Positions 1 to 13,053 of a DNA stretch of 64,000 nucleotides are shown here, in pieces. The stretch's first letter is position 1. Each line of letters opens with the position of its first letter. The notes beneath the pieces are model-generated. The model did no database searches. It was not told where the DNA came from and saw only the letters and a program-made list of their open reading frames with translations. The translations under genes and the position numbers were made by a program. Source of the DNA: Anaeramoeba ignava BMAN (taxonomy: Eukaryota; Protista; Anaeramoebae); NCBI GenBank assembly GCA_028826165.1, contig JAPDFW010000098.1, forward strand, positions 51,173-115,172, read 5' to 3'.

Positions 1-868
1 AATTGATTTTTTTCAATCAAATATAAATCAAATATAAATATAAATATAAAATATAAATATAAATATAAATATAAAATAAATAAATATAAATCAAATAAAT
101 CAATCAAATATATAAATCAAATAAATAAATATAAAAATAAATATAAATATAAATATAAATATAAATATAAATATAAATATAAATCAATCAAATATAAAAT
201 AAATCAAATCAAATATAAATCAAATATAAATCTAATATAAATCAAAAATATAAATATAAATATAAATATAAATATATAAATAAATATAAAATAAATATAA
301 ATATAAATATAAATATAAAATATAAATATTCAAATATAAATCAAATATAAATAAAATATATAAATATAAATATAAATATCAGAATCAAATATAAATATAA
401 ATATAAATATTAATCAAATATAAATATAAATCAAATATAAATATAAATCATAAATATAAATATAAATATAAATTAATAAAATTATAAATATAAATATAAA
501 TATAAATATAAATATAAATATAAATATAAATATAAATATAAATATAAATATAAATATAAATATAAATATAAATATAAATATAAATCAAATATAAATATAA
601 ATATAAATATAAATATAAATATAAATATAAATATAAATATAAATATAAATATAAATATAAATATAAATATAAATATAAATATAAATATAAATCAAATATA
701 AATCAAATATAAATATAAATATAAATATAAATCAAAATATTTAAATATAAATATAAATATAAATATAAATATAAATATAAATATAAATATAAATATAAAT
801 ATAAATATAAATATAAATATAAATATAAATATAAATTAAATATAAATATTTCTTTAAATATTATAAAA
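1..868 (+). repeat. Intronic (TATAAA)n / AAATC microsatellite
   Basis: Continuous hexamer array ending at the AG acceptor. Confidence 0.9.
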
Positions 869-869
869 G

Positions 870-1488
870 AGAACATTTTGCTCATGTTGTCCAATGCCAA
901 AAATTCAATGGAGAAACTTTCTGGGCATCAATCGCAACAACTAAATTAGAAGTTGCCAAAACAAATTTATTTCAATCAGTATTCCATGTAATAGAAAAAC
1001 CAACAGAAGAAAAAATGAAATTAATAACACAGCAATTTCTATCCCAATTAAACCAAGAAGAACAATCACAAGTATCACAAGTATCACATGTTTCACACGT
1101 AGAATTTGGAGATTCATCTTCAGAAAGTGATAGAGAACAATCAACATTCACAAATGAATTTTTGGAATCAAAAAACGATCTTCAAATTTATATTGAAGAA
1201 CAAGAAAAAACTCATTTAAATCAAGACCTTAATGATTTACTTGTTTGTGATCTTGATTTTATGAGTGAAAAAATTGATATTTCAATTCATGATTTAAAAA
1301 ATCAAATTTCCGATTTGCAAAATAGAAAAGATGTTTTGGTTCAATACAGAAAAAGACTAGATATCATCAAAGATTTAAAAAAACAATATATTGATATCGA
1401 AAAAAGAATTCATAAATATAAACTTGAAATTGAAGATTCTCAACTCAAGAAAAAAATACTAGAAGAAAAAATTTCCAAAAAAGTTTGA
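870..1488 (+). CDS. Terminal exon of a PAS/PAC-like domain plus coiled-coil protein (5' part lies outside the window)
   Basis: The ORF at 1015-1488 extends upstream in frame to an AAG acceptor at ~869, giving EHFAHVVQCQKFNGETFWASIATTKLEVAKTNLFQSVFHVIEKP. This resembles the PAC end of a PAS fold. An acidic linker and heptad-rich tail follow. Confidence 0.55.
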
Positions 1489-1588
1489 TTGATTTCTTTT
1501 TTTCATAAAAAAGAAAAACAAAAATTTTTTTTTTATTATTAAATTCAAAAAATTCATTTTTTTTTTCAATTTCAAAAATAAATTTATC

Positions 1589-2621
1589 ATGAGAAAAATT
1601 GGTTTTATTCTTCAAAAATCAAAACAAAAAAAACTTGATTGGGATAAATTTATTGAATATTGTAAAGTTAATAGAAATATGGAATTTGAAGAAATTGATT
1701 TAAACAAAGAAATAACTGGAAAATACGATTTAATAATTCACAAAATTACAAATGAATATGCAAATGCAATGAATGGAAACAAAGAAGAAAAAGAGAAAAT
1801 TGAAAATTTAACTGTTAATATTTTATATTTAATTTTTTATATTTAATTTTTATATTTATATTTATATTTTATATTTTATATTTTGATTTTATATTAAAAG
1901 AATTATCTGAAAAAAAATCCAAATGTTCCAATAATTGAACCACTTGAAAAACTTCAAAAACTTTCAAGTCGAGAAGAAACATGGAACATATTACGAACAA
2001 AACTAACAGAAATCGAACCAAAAATCAAGATTGCAAATCACATGAAAGCAAATAGCAAAGAAGAAGCAGAAAAATTAATGGAAGAGAATAAAGAAATAAA
2101 TTATCCAATTTTTTGCAAACCAATTCAAGCAAGTGGAGCAGGACCGATTCATATTTTGAGCATTGTAGGAAACAAAGAAGGATTCAAAGAAGTAAATAAC
2201 TTTCCTGTACTAATTGAACCTTATATAAATCACAACGAAACGGTTTTACAAAATTTATGTTATTGGTGATAAAACTCATTGTGTTTGCAGAAGATCTTTA
2301 AGAAACATACTTGAAAATGAATTGGATTCTTTTTCTACAATTGTTTTTGATTCTCAAAAAACTCCTCCGAAATCAATTTTTTCTCCTCAAAATTCTTCAC
2401 CTTTGGATTCTCCAATTCCTGTTTCTTGGTTGCAAAAGGTTTCTAATGTTGTTTGTTCTCATTTGGATGTGTTTTTGATTGGTTATGATTTGATTAAAGA
2501 TTCTGAAAATGGAATTTTTTATTTGATTGATGTTAATTACTTTCCAAGATCTTCTTCTGTTGATTCTTTTTTTGAAGAATTAGCTGATTTGATTGAAACA
2601 AGAATGAAAAACTTCAAATAA
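1589..2621 (+). CDS. ITPK1: Inositol-tetrakisphosphate 1-kinase (ATP-grasp)
   Basis: Exons 1589-1813 and 1901-2621. Motifs YDLIIHKIT, YPIFCKP, YINHNETVYKIYVIGD (needs one T removed at ~2245), GYDLI and IDVNYFP. Confidence 0.9.
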
Positions 2622-2849
2622 TAAAATTAAAAAAATAAAAAAAATTAGTTTTGATTTTTAAATTGAAATTTTTATTTGGATCTTTTTTCTAAAGAAAATT
2701 TTATTAAGAAAGAAAAGAAGAAGAAAAAGAAAAGTTTCTTTCTTTCTTGTTTGTGTTTGTTTTTGTTTTTGTTTTTCTGTTTGTCTTGTTTGTGGGAAAT
2801 TTAAAAGAGAAAAAAAAAGTAAAAAGAAAAAGGAAAAGTAAAAAGGAAA

Positions 2850-5627
2850 TTATTGAATTAAACTTTGGTAGAATTTTTTGGAAATTGATTTTCTTCGTTT
2901 CTTTTCTTCAGTTGATAATTTAGGAATTTGGGAATTATCTTTTGATTTATTATTCAAAAGAGCGAGTTGATTTTCTTTACGAGTTTTAGCATAAGGGTTC
3001 AACTCGTACATGACATCCTTGTGTTTGAGGGGATTTTTTCTTTGAGGTTGAGGTTGAGGTTTAGGGATTTTAGGACGAAGAACAGATTGAATTTCTTCTG
3101 AATTAATAATTCGAGTCAAATCAGTATTTGTCATAATTGGTCTTGGCAAGTGATATCCTTTTTTGAGTTGGGATTCTTGACCCCAATCGCCGTAGAGTTT
3201 ATTGAGTGTTTCGAAGGCGTCTTGGGACCAAATGCAGAAGCGACCAAGATGAGATCCTGGAGCGAGTTGAAGGAGATTAAGTTTAGTCACTTTGCATGTT
3301 TCAACTCCAGGAAGATTTCGGAATGCTCGCTTGATTCCCTTATTGTGTGCATAGATCACAAGTGGTCCGCGTCGAATTCGGTATCTTCGGTTACGCATTT
3401 TTCCTTTTCCAGCGCGAATGTGTTTGGATGCTTTGGCTTTCTCAACGTCTTTGTAGGCTTGAAGTCGGCGAAGTATTCTTACTGCTTCTTTTGTTTTTTT
3501 TACTTCTTCAATGCTGTTGTCACATACTAATGGTATTTCTGATACTTTGTTGATCACATGTCCTCGTGCCATAACTATAGAGGGTAATGCTGTTGCGGCT
3601 ATTGCAGAGCATACTGCAAATCTTCTTTGATTTAAATTGATTCTTCTGTGCCATCTTCTCCAGATCTATTTATTTTTAATTATTTATTTTATTTTTTTAA
3701 TTTAATTTTAATTTTAATTTTAATTTTAATTTTAATTTTAATTTTAATTTTAATTTTAATTTTAATTTTAATTTTAATTTTAATTTTAATTTTAATTTTA
3801 ATTTTAATTTTAATTTTAAATTTAATTTTAATTTTAATTTTAAATTTAATTTTAATTTTAATTTTAATTTTAATTTTATTATTTATTTACCTTTTTGGGT
3901 GAATACATTCTTCCTCCTCGGCACATATTTCCAAATGCTCCTTGTCCACTTCTTCCTGTTCCATGTCCACTAATTCTTGGAATTCTTGCAACAGCTCTTC
4001 CAGTACCCCAAGACTAAATAAATTAATAAATAAATTAATAAATAAATTAATAAATAAATTTAATAAATAAATTAATAAATAAAATTAATTAATAAATTAA
4101 TAAATAAATTAATAAATAAATTTAATAAATAAATTAATAAATAAATTTAATAAATAAATTAATAAATAAATTTAATAAATAAATTAATAAATAAATTTAA
4201 TAAATAAATTAATAAATAAATTTAATAAATAATTTAATAAATAAATTTAATAAATAAATTAATAAATAAATTTAATAAATAAATTTAATAAATAAATTAA
4301 TAAATAAATTAATAAATAAATTTAATAAATAAATTAATAAATAAATTAATAAATAAATTAATAATTAAATTAATAAATAAATTAATAAATAATTTAATAA
4401 ATAAATTAATAAATAAATTAATAAATAAATTTAATAAATAATTTAATAAATAAATTTAATAAATAATTTAATAAATAAATTAATAAATAAATTAATAAAT
4501 AAATTAATAAATAATTTAATAAATAAATTAATAAATAATTTAATAAATAATTTAATAAATAAATTAATAAATTAAATAAATTAAAAATAAATTAATAAAT
4601 AATTTAATAAATAAAATTAATAAATAAATTAATAAATAAATTAATAAATAAATTAATAAATAAATTAATAAATAAATTAAATAAATAATTTAATAAATAA
4701 ATAAATTTAATAAATAAATTAATAAATAAATTAATAAATAAATTAATAAATAAATTAATAAATAAATTAATAAATAAATTAATAAATAAATTAATAAATA
4801 AATTAATAAATAAATTAATAAATAAATTAATAAATAAATTAATAAATAAATTAATAAATAAATTAATAAATAAATTAATAAATAAATTAATAAATAAATT
4901 AATAAATTAATTAATAAATAAATTAATAAATAAATTAATAAATAAATTAATAAATAAATTAATAAATAAATTAATAAATAATTTAATAAATAATTTAATA
5001 AATAAATTTAATAAATTAATAAATAATTTAATAATTAAATTAATAATTAAATTAATAAATAAATTTAATAAATAATTTAATAAATAAATTAATAAATAAA
5101 TTAATAAATAAATTAATAAATAAATTTAATAAATAAATTAATAAATAAATTAATAAATAAAATTAATTAATAAATTAATAATTAAATTAATAATTAAATT
5201 AATAAATAAATTAATAAATAAATTAATAAATAAATTAATAAATAAAATTAATTAATAAATTAATAATTAAATTAATAAATAAATTAATAAATAAATTAAT
5301 AAATAAATAAATAAATAAATTAATAAATAATTTAATAAATAAATAAATTAATAAATAATTTAATAAATAATTTAATAAATAAATTAATAAATAATTTAAT
5401 AAATAAAATTAATTGTTTAATTGCTTTACCTTAGCTGATGTTTGTTCTCCTGCTTTTGTTGATACAGAATGTGGTTGTCTTGAATTTTTTGCCATATTTG
5501 TGTGAACAAATCGAACTATATCTGGTCTAATTGGTGCTGAAAAAACTGTTGGAAGATTTACTTGTGTATTTGGTTTATCTTTTGTTAATGAATGTACTGT
5601 TACTAATGGTCTTATTGCTGCACACAT
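2850..5627 (-). CDS. RPL4: 60S ribosomal protein L4 (uL4)
   Basis: Exons 5627-5430, 4013-3891 and 3665-2850. Motifs [44 protein letters not shown] and [13 protein letters not shown]. Confidence 0.98.
4014..5429. repeat. RPL4 intron 1: ~1.4 kb 12-bp (TAAATAAATTAA)n array
   Basis: Near-pure A/T tandem repeat between the GT and AG. Confidence 0.95.
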
Positions 5628-6125
5628 TTTTAATTTTAGTTTTTTCTTTTTTTTTTTTATTAAATTTTTTTTCTAGTAAAAATAAAACAGAAAGAAAAAA
5701 AATGAAAAAAAAAAAAATTAAAATAAAAAAAAAAGAAAAAAAAATTTTTTTTTGTTTATTTTTTTAAAAGGAGAAAAAAATAATTAAAAGGAGAAAAAAT
5801 AATTAATTGTTATTTGTTAATTGTTAATTGTTAATTGTTAATTGTTGTTCATTCCTTTTTTATTAATGAAGTAAAAAAAAAAAAAAGTAAATCATTTTTG
5901 AAAAAGAAAACAAGAAGAAAAAAAAAACAAGGAACATGTTTGAAAATCAAAATGAATTAAAGAACCAAAGAGAAACAAAGCTAAAAAAAAAAACAGTTCA
6001 ATGTAAAAGTAAAAGTAAAAGAAAAAGAAAAAAAAAAGAAATTGATTGTACGATTGAATGCGTTTTTAAAAGTCAAAATCAAAATCAAAATCAAAATCAA
6101 AGTCAAGAGGGAAAAACATGATGAC

Positions 6126-7576
6126 TTAAAACAATTGGCATCTAGTCTTTTTCTTTCTTCCATAATTATGTTTTTTGTTGCCTTTTCCTGAAGTTTTTTT
6201 GTCATTTGTTTTTGGATTTGCTCTTCTATCTTTTCTGATTTCTCTAACACAACTAAAGAACACTTCTTGAACATTGTAACCTGTTTTAGCTGAGCATTCA
6301 AGGAAAGGAATGTGATGTTCTTGTGATAATTCTTTACCAACATCAGCAGGAACTGCTCTTTCTTCTTCGCTAATATCACACTTGTTTGCTGCTAGAACTC
6401 CAACTATATCTGTTGAATCTTTGACTCTTCGAATGTGAAGAAATGCTCTTTTAATTTCTCCAACTGTTGCTTTTGAAGTTAAAGAGAAAACACAAACAAA
6501 TCCATCTTGTCTTCTTAAATACTATTTTAATTTTATAAATGAATTTTAATTTTAATTTTAATTTGAATTTTAATTTTAATTTTAATTTGAATTTTAATTT
6601 TAATTTTAATTTTGATTTTAATTTTAATTTTAATTTTAATTTTAATTTTATAAATGAATTTTAATTTTAATTTTAATTTTAATTTTAATTTTAATTTAAA
6701 TTTAAATTTTTTTTTAATTTTAATTTAATTTTAATTTTAATTTTAATTTTAATTTTAATTTTAATTTTAATTTTTAATTTTAATTTTAATTTTAATTTTA
6801 ATTTTAATTTTAATTTTAATTTTATTAATTTTAATTTTAATTTTAATTTTAATTTTATAAATGAATTTTAATTTTAATTTTTGTTTTAATTTTAATTTTA
6901 ATTTTATAAATGAATTTTAATTTTATAAATGAATTTTAATTTTATAAATTAATTTTAATTTTAATTTTATAAATGAATTTTAATTTTATAAATGAATTTT
7001 AATTTTATAAATGAATTTTAATTTTAAAATAATAATTTACTCTATCTCGAATAGAAGTATATTCTTCTTGTCCTGCTGTATCTAAAATTTCTAAAGTAGC
7101 AGCTTGTTGGTCAATAATTGCATCTTTTCTGTAACTTTCTTCAATTGTAGGATCATATCTTTCAATAAACATATCTCTTAAGAATCGAATTGTCAAACAA
7201 CTTTTTCCAACACCTCCTCCTCCAACAACAGCCTAATAAATTTAAACAATAAAAAACAAAAAAAAAGCGTTAGAATAAAAATTTTTTTCCTTTTACGTTT
7301 TTTTTTTTTTAATAAATAAATAACTTACAAGTTCTAATTTGGTTTTTAATTTTCAATTAAATAATCATTTTTCAAATAGAAAAGTTAAATTAAAATTTAA
7401 AAAAAAAATTTAATTAAAATTATTTCTATTTTATTTTTTATTAATTTTTACTGTAATGATTATCTGCCTATTGAAAAAAAATATTTAAAATAAAAAAAGA
7501 GATGAAAATTAGTACTTAAATCTGAATTTTGTTTTTTTTTAAAAAGTTAATTTTTGTTTTAAAGATTTTTTACCAT
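6126..7576 (-). CDS. Ras-family small GTPase
   Basis: Exons ATG (7576-7574), 7467-7452, 7333-7329, 7232-7041 and 6521-6126. These give [44 protein letters not shown] and a CaaX end (CQLF). Confidence 0.92.
6522..7040 (-). repeat. Ras intron 4: (AAAATT)n with 18-bp AAAATTCATTTATAAAATT-type units
   Basis: Direct reading of the intron. Confidence 0.9.
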
Positions 7577-7983
7577 TTTTTTTTTGTTTTTTTTTTGATT
7601 GTTTTAAAAAGAAATTGAAAAAAAAAAACACACAAAGTAAAAAGTAAAAAGTAAAAAGTAAGTAAAAAGAAAATAAAAAGAAAAAAAATGAAAAAAAAAA
7701 AAACTGATCAAAATTAATAAAGAAAAAAAAATTTTTTTTAATTAAATCTCTAAAATTAAATCAATTAAAAATTTTTTTTTATTTTTGGGGGCATTAATAA
7801 AAAAAAGAAAAAAAAAAAGCGAAAAATTAAATTTAAAATTATTTTTTTCTCCTTTTTTATTTTTTTATTTTTTTTTTTTTATTTTTTTTCATTTTTTTTC
7901 TTTCCTTAATAATAATAATAAAAAATAAAAAATAAAAAATAAAATCAAATCCAATTATTTTTTAAAATTAAAATCAAAGTCAA

Positions 7984-9816
7984 ATGTCTTATACAACAGT
8001 TGTAGTTCATCCATTAGTTCTACTTTCAGTTGTCGATCATTATCATAGAATTGCTAAAGATACAAGAAGAAGAGTAATAGGATGTTTATTAGGAGAATTG
8101 ACAACTAAACATACTTTACATGTGACAAATTCATTTGCTGGTAATTTTAAAATGAAAATTCATTTTCTATTTTTGAAATTTTTGAAAAATTAAAATTTTC
8201 ATTTCATTTCAATTTTATTTTCAGTTCCTTTTGAAGAAGATGATAAAAACCCAAAAATTTGGTTTGTTGACCATAGTTATTTAGAAACAATGTTTGCAAT
8301 GTTTAAAAAAGTCAATGGTATCAACATCTACGATTATTTATATTAAAATTATTTTATATTAAATTTATATTATATTAAATTTATATTATATTAAATTTAT
8401 TTATATTAAATTTATTTATATTAAATTTATTTATATTAAATTTATTTATATTAAATTTAATTTTATATATATTTATATTAAATTTATTTATATTAAATTT
8501 ATTTATATTAAATTTATTTATATTAAATTTATTTATATTAAATTTATTTATATTAAATTTATTTATATTAAATTTATTTATATTAAATTTATTTATATTA
8601 AATTTATTTATATTAAATTTATTTATATTAAATTTATTTATATTAAATTTATTTATATTAAATTTATTTATATTAAATTTATATTAAATTTATTTATATT
8701 AAATTTATTTTTATTAAATTTATTTATATTAAATTTATTTTTATTAAATTTATTTATATTAAATATATTTATATTAATTTTTTATTTTTATTTATATTTA
8801 TATTAAATTTATTTATATTAAATTTATTTATATTAAATTTATTTTATTAGCTCGTGAATATGTTGTTGGTTGGTATTCTTCAGGTCCAAAACTTAGACCA
8901 ACAGATTTACAAATTCATGAAATGTTTAGAAAATATGCACAAGATCCAGTTTTTGTTGTTATTAATGTTCATATGAATGAAAAAGAACTTGGAATTCCAA
9001 CCCAAGCTTATAGATCAATTGAAGAAATTAAAGGAGTACAACTTTCGCATTTAAATTTGATTTATATTTATATTTATATTTATATTTATATTTATATTTA
9101 TATTTATATTTATATTTATATTTATATTTATATTTATATTTATATTTATATTTATATTTATATTTATATTTATATTTATATTTATATTTATATTTATATT
9201 TATATATTTATATTTATATTTATATTTATATTTAATTTGAATTTAATTTTGATTTATATTCTAATTTTTATTATTCGATTTACAAAAAAAAAAGGATGGA
9301 AAAATTAGTCATATCACATTCCAACATATTCCAAGTGAAATCACAGCATTTGAAGCTGAAGAAGTTGGAGTTGAACATTTATTACGAGATATAACAGATA
9401 CAAAAAGCACATCCTTAATAACGACAATATCCGAAAAAATCAACTCATTAAAAGGATTAGAAAAAAGAATAAATGAAATAATGAATTATCTTGACAAAGT
9501 TTTAGAAAAAGAAATACCAGATAATCAAGAAATTCTTGGGAAAATCCAAGATATATTTAATATTGCTTTGAATTTAGATGTTCAGAATTTATTTCAACCA
9601 ATTGCTATTTTAAATAATGACCAAACTTTGATTATGTATCTTTCTTCTATGGTTCGTGCTGTTCTTGCTTTGCATGATTTAATTAATAACAAAATTGCTA
9701 ATAAAAGATTGGAATTTGATTTGCAAACTAAAATTGAAGAAGCTGAAGAAAGAAAAAAAAATCAACTTGAAAAATTAAAAGAAAATCAAAAGGAAGTTCA
9801 ATCAAATCAAAAATAA
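7984..9816 (+). CDS. RPN8: 26S proteasome lid subunit RPN8/PSMD7 (MPN domain)
   Basis: Exons 7984-8140, 8225-8317, 8851-9035 and 9295-9816. Motifs [49 protein letters not shown] and ALHDLINNK. Confidence 0.97.
8318..8850 (+). repeat. RPN8 intron 2: 15-bp (TATTAAATTTATTTA)n array
   Basis: The 15-bp period is visible as identical 60-nt lines at 8521-8640. Confidence 0.9.
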
Positions 9817-9991
9817 TTCTTTTCTCTCTTTTTTCTTTCTTTTTTTCTCTCTTTTTTCTTTTGATTTTTTTAAAACAAAACAAAACAAAACAAAACATTC
9901 AAAAAAATTTTTTTAAAAAGGAAAATCAAACAATAAATTTCATTTTTTTCTTTTTCTTTTCTCGTTTTTTTTCTTTTGGAAATTTTTAACA

Positions 9992-12620
9992 ATGAGTTTT
10001 TTTGGTTTTATGTAATAAATTCAATTACTCAATAATAAAAAAAATTTATTAAAAAAAAATTATTATAAAAAATTTATTATAAAAAATTTAGGAAAGATAA
10101 AACTATGCGAACTCGCAAAAAGTTTGATCATGGAACTAAACGTTATTCTTTATACAAACATTCTGTTGCAACTCTTGGTTCAAAAAATGTTCGTGATGCT
10201 GTTAAATTACCTGAAGGAGAAGTAATTCAAATTAATTTTAATTTTTATTATTTTTAATTTTAATTATTTTTAATTTTAATTATTTTTAGTCTCTTAATGA
10301 GTAATTTATTTTTTTTAATTATTTTGAATCTTGTTCTTTTCTTTATTAATTTAAAATTTCATTTTTAAGTTGGATTGCAGTTGCTATTGTTGATTTTTAT
10401 AACAAAGTGAATTTACTTGTTGGAGCTATTGAGGGAGATTGTACAAAAGAAAGCTGCCCTTCTATGACAGCTGGTCCAAAGTATTACTTCTTAAGAAAAT
10501 CAATATTTAAATCAATATTTAAATCAATATTTATATCAATATTTAAATTAAATTTAAATTAAATATTTAAATTAAATATTTATATCAATATTTAAATCAA
10601 TATTTAAATCAATATTTAAATCAATATTTAAATCAATATTTATATCAATATTTAAATCAATATTTAAATCAATATTTATATCAATATTTAAATCAATATT
10701 TAAATCAATATTTATATCAATTTTTAAATCAATATTTAAATCAATTTTTAAATCAATTTTAAATCAATTTTTTCAAAATCAATTTTTAAATCAATATTTA
10801 AATCAATATTTAAATCAATTTTTTAAATCAATATTTAAATCAATATTTAAATCAATCAATTTTTTATATATCAATATTTAAATCAATTTTTATATCAATA
10901 TTTAAATCAATTTTTTAAATCAATATTTATATCAATTTTTCAAATCAATATTTTTCAATATCAATATTTATATCAATATTTATTTTTAAATCAATATTTT
11001 ATATCAATATTTAGTATCAATTCGTATCAATATTTATATCAATTTTTAAATCAATTTATATCAATATTTATATTTTATATCAATATTTATATCAATTTAT
11101 ATCAATATTTTATCAATATTTAAATTTCCAATATTTATATCAATATTTATATCAATATTTTTATATTTAAATCAATATTTAAATCAATATTTAAATCAAT
11201 ATTTATATCAATATTTATATCAATATTTAAATCAATATTTAATATCAATATCAATATTTAAAATCAATATTTAAATTAAATATTTATATCAATATTTATC
11301 AATATTTATATCAATATTTAAATCAATATTTATATCAATATTTATATATCAATATTTAAATCAATATTTATATCAATATTTTAAATTAAATATTTAAATC
11401 AATATTTTTAAATTTAAATATTTAAATCAATATTTAAATCAATATTTAAATCAATATTTATATCAATTTTTAAATCAATTTTTAAATCAATTTTTAAATC
11501 AATTTTTAAATCAATTTTTAAATCAATTTTTAAATCAATTTTTAAATCAATATTTAAATCAATATTTATATCTAAATTAAAAATAAATTAATTCTTTTAT
11601 TATTTTTAGATTTGAATTTTTCTGGGCAGAAAAGAAAAAACTTGTTAGAATAACGTAATATAATTTTAATTTTTGATCAATTTTCAGAAAAGAATATAAT
11701 TTAAACAAACATTTATTTTATTATATTTTAAAGCGCTACAGAATATATTCAAAGAGTTTTAGATTATGTTGCATCAGAACTTGATAATGAAAGTATGATA
11801 TTTATTTTTATTCAATCCAATTCAATTTTATTTTATTTTTATTTTATTCGATTTAATTTTTTTAGATACTTTTCCACCAGATCCATCTAAACCTTTTCCC
11901 AAAAATTTCTTAGAGATTGCTTCAAATATTTTTAAGAGGTTGAATATTTATTTAAATTCAAATTCAAATTCAAATTCAAAATTTTAATTCAATTCAATCC
12001 AAATTAATTCAATTCAATTCAATTCAATATTCAATTCAATTCAATATTGAATTTAATTCAATATTCAATTCAATTCAATTCAATTCAATTCAATTCAATT
12101 TAATATTCAATTCAATATTCAATTCAATTCAATTCAATTCAATTTAATTCAATTCAATATTTAATTTAGTTTAATTCAATATTCAATTCAATATTCAATT
12201 TAATATTCAATTCAATATTTAATATTCAATTCAATTCAATTCAATTCAATTCAATATTCAATTTAATTCAATTCAATATTCAATTCAATTGAATTCAATT
12301 CAATTTAATATTTAATTCAATATTTAATTCAAAATTTTAATTCAAAATTTTAATTCAAAAATCAAAAGAATTTTTAGAATCTTCGCTCATATTTACTATT
12401 CTCATTTCCAACAAATTACTGATATTGGTGCTGAAGCTCATTTAAACACAGTAATAAATTTTTTTGTTTACTTTCCAAATTTCTTCATTTTTATTTATTT
12501 AAAATAACTTATTTAATTTTATTTTAGACATTCAAACATTTCATCTATTTTGTCCAAGAATTCAAATTAATCAAACAAGCTGATTTAGAACCTCTTTCAG
12601 AATTGATTTCAACTTTCTAA
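9992..12620 (+). CDS. MOB1: MOB kinase activator (MOB1-like), 9 exons
   Basis: Not in the ORF track because the exons are short. The spliced product contains ATLGSKNVRDAVKLPEGESLNDWIAV, CPSMTAGPKFEFFW, FPKNF, KRIFRIFAHIYYSHF and HLNTTFKHFIYFVQEFKLI. Confidence 0.93.
10481..11609 (+). repeat. MOB intron: 12-bp (TTTAAATCAATA)n array
   Basis: Tandem 12-mers that are noisier in the middle. Confidence 0.9.
11939..12368 (+). repeat. MOB intron: (ATTCA)n array
   Basis: Pentamer tandem repeat. Confidence 0.9.
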
Positions 12621-13053
12621 TTTTCAAGTTGGAATTTTCTTTTCTTTTCTTTTTTTTTTTACTAATTCAAATGTTTGGTTTTTCATTTTTCAATTCATTT
12701 TTCATTTTTCAATTTTCAATTTTTCTTTTTTTAATTTCAGAAAGAATAAAATCGGTTAATAACTTTTCTTTTTTTAATTTTTAAAAATGAACAAAAAAGA
12801 ATTTTTTTCCCGAATTCTTCTTTGATTAAAAAAATTTTTAATTTAATTTATTTTAATTTAATTTAATTTTAAATTTTAATTTTATTTTTAATTTAATTTT
12901 AATTTTATTTTTAATTTTAAAAAGGATTTGCCTTTCTAAAAAAAAAATTAAAAAAAAAATGAAAAAAAAATTTAAAATGAAAATTTCATTTTTTTTTTTT
13001 TAAAAATTAAAAATTGTTCATTTTTCTTTCTTCTTTCTTCTTTTAATAATTGA

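Noticed and set aside
3666-5429. Intronic snoRNAs in RPL4
   Set aside because: The introns are pure A/T repeat with no C/D or H/ACA structure.
7516-7521. Extra 6-nt micro-exon (CAG|ATTTAA|GT) in Ras intron 1
   Set aside because: It would place a stop right after the ATG. There is no support without RNA data, although a poison exon cannot be excluded.
8318-8330. U12-type intron (GTATCA donor in RPN8)
   Set aside because: It does not match RTATCCTT and there is no TCCTTAAC branch site.
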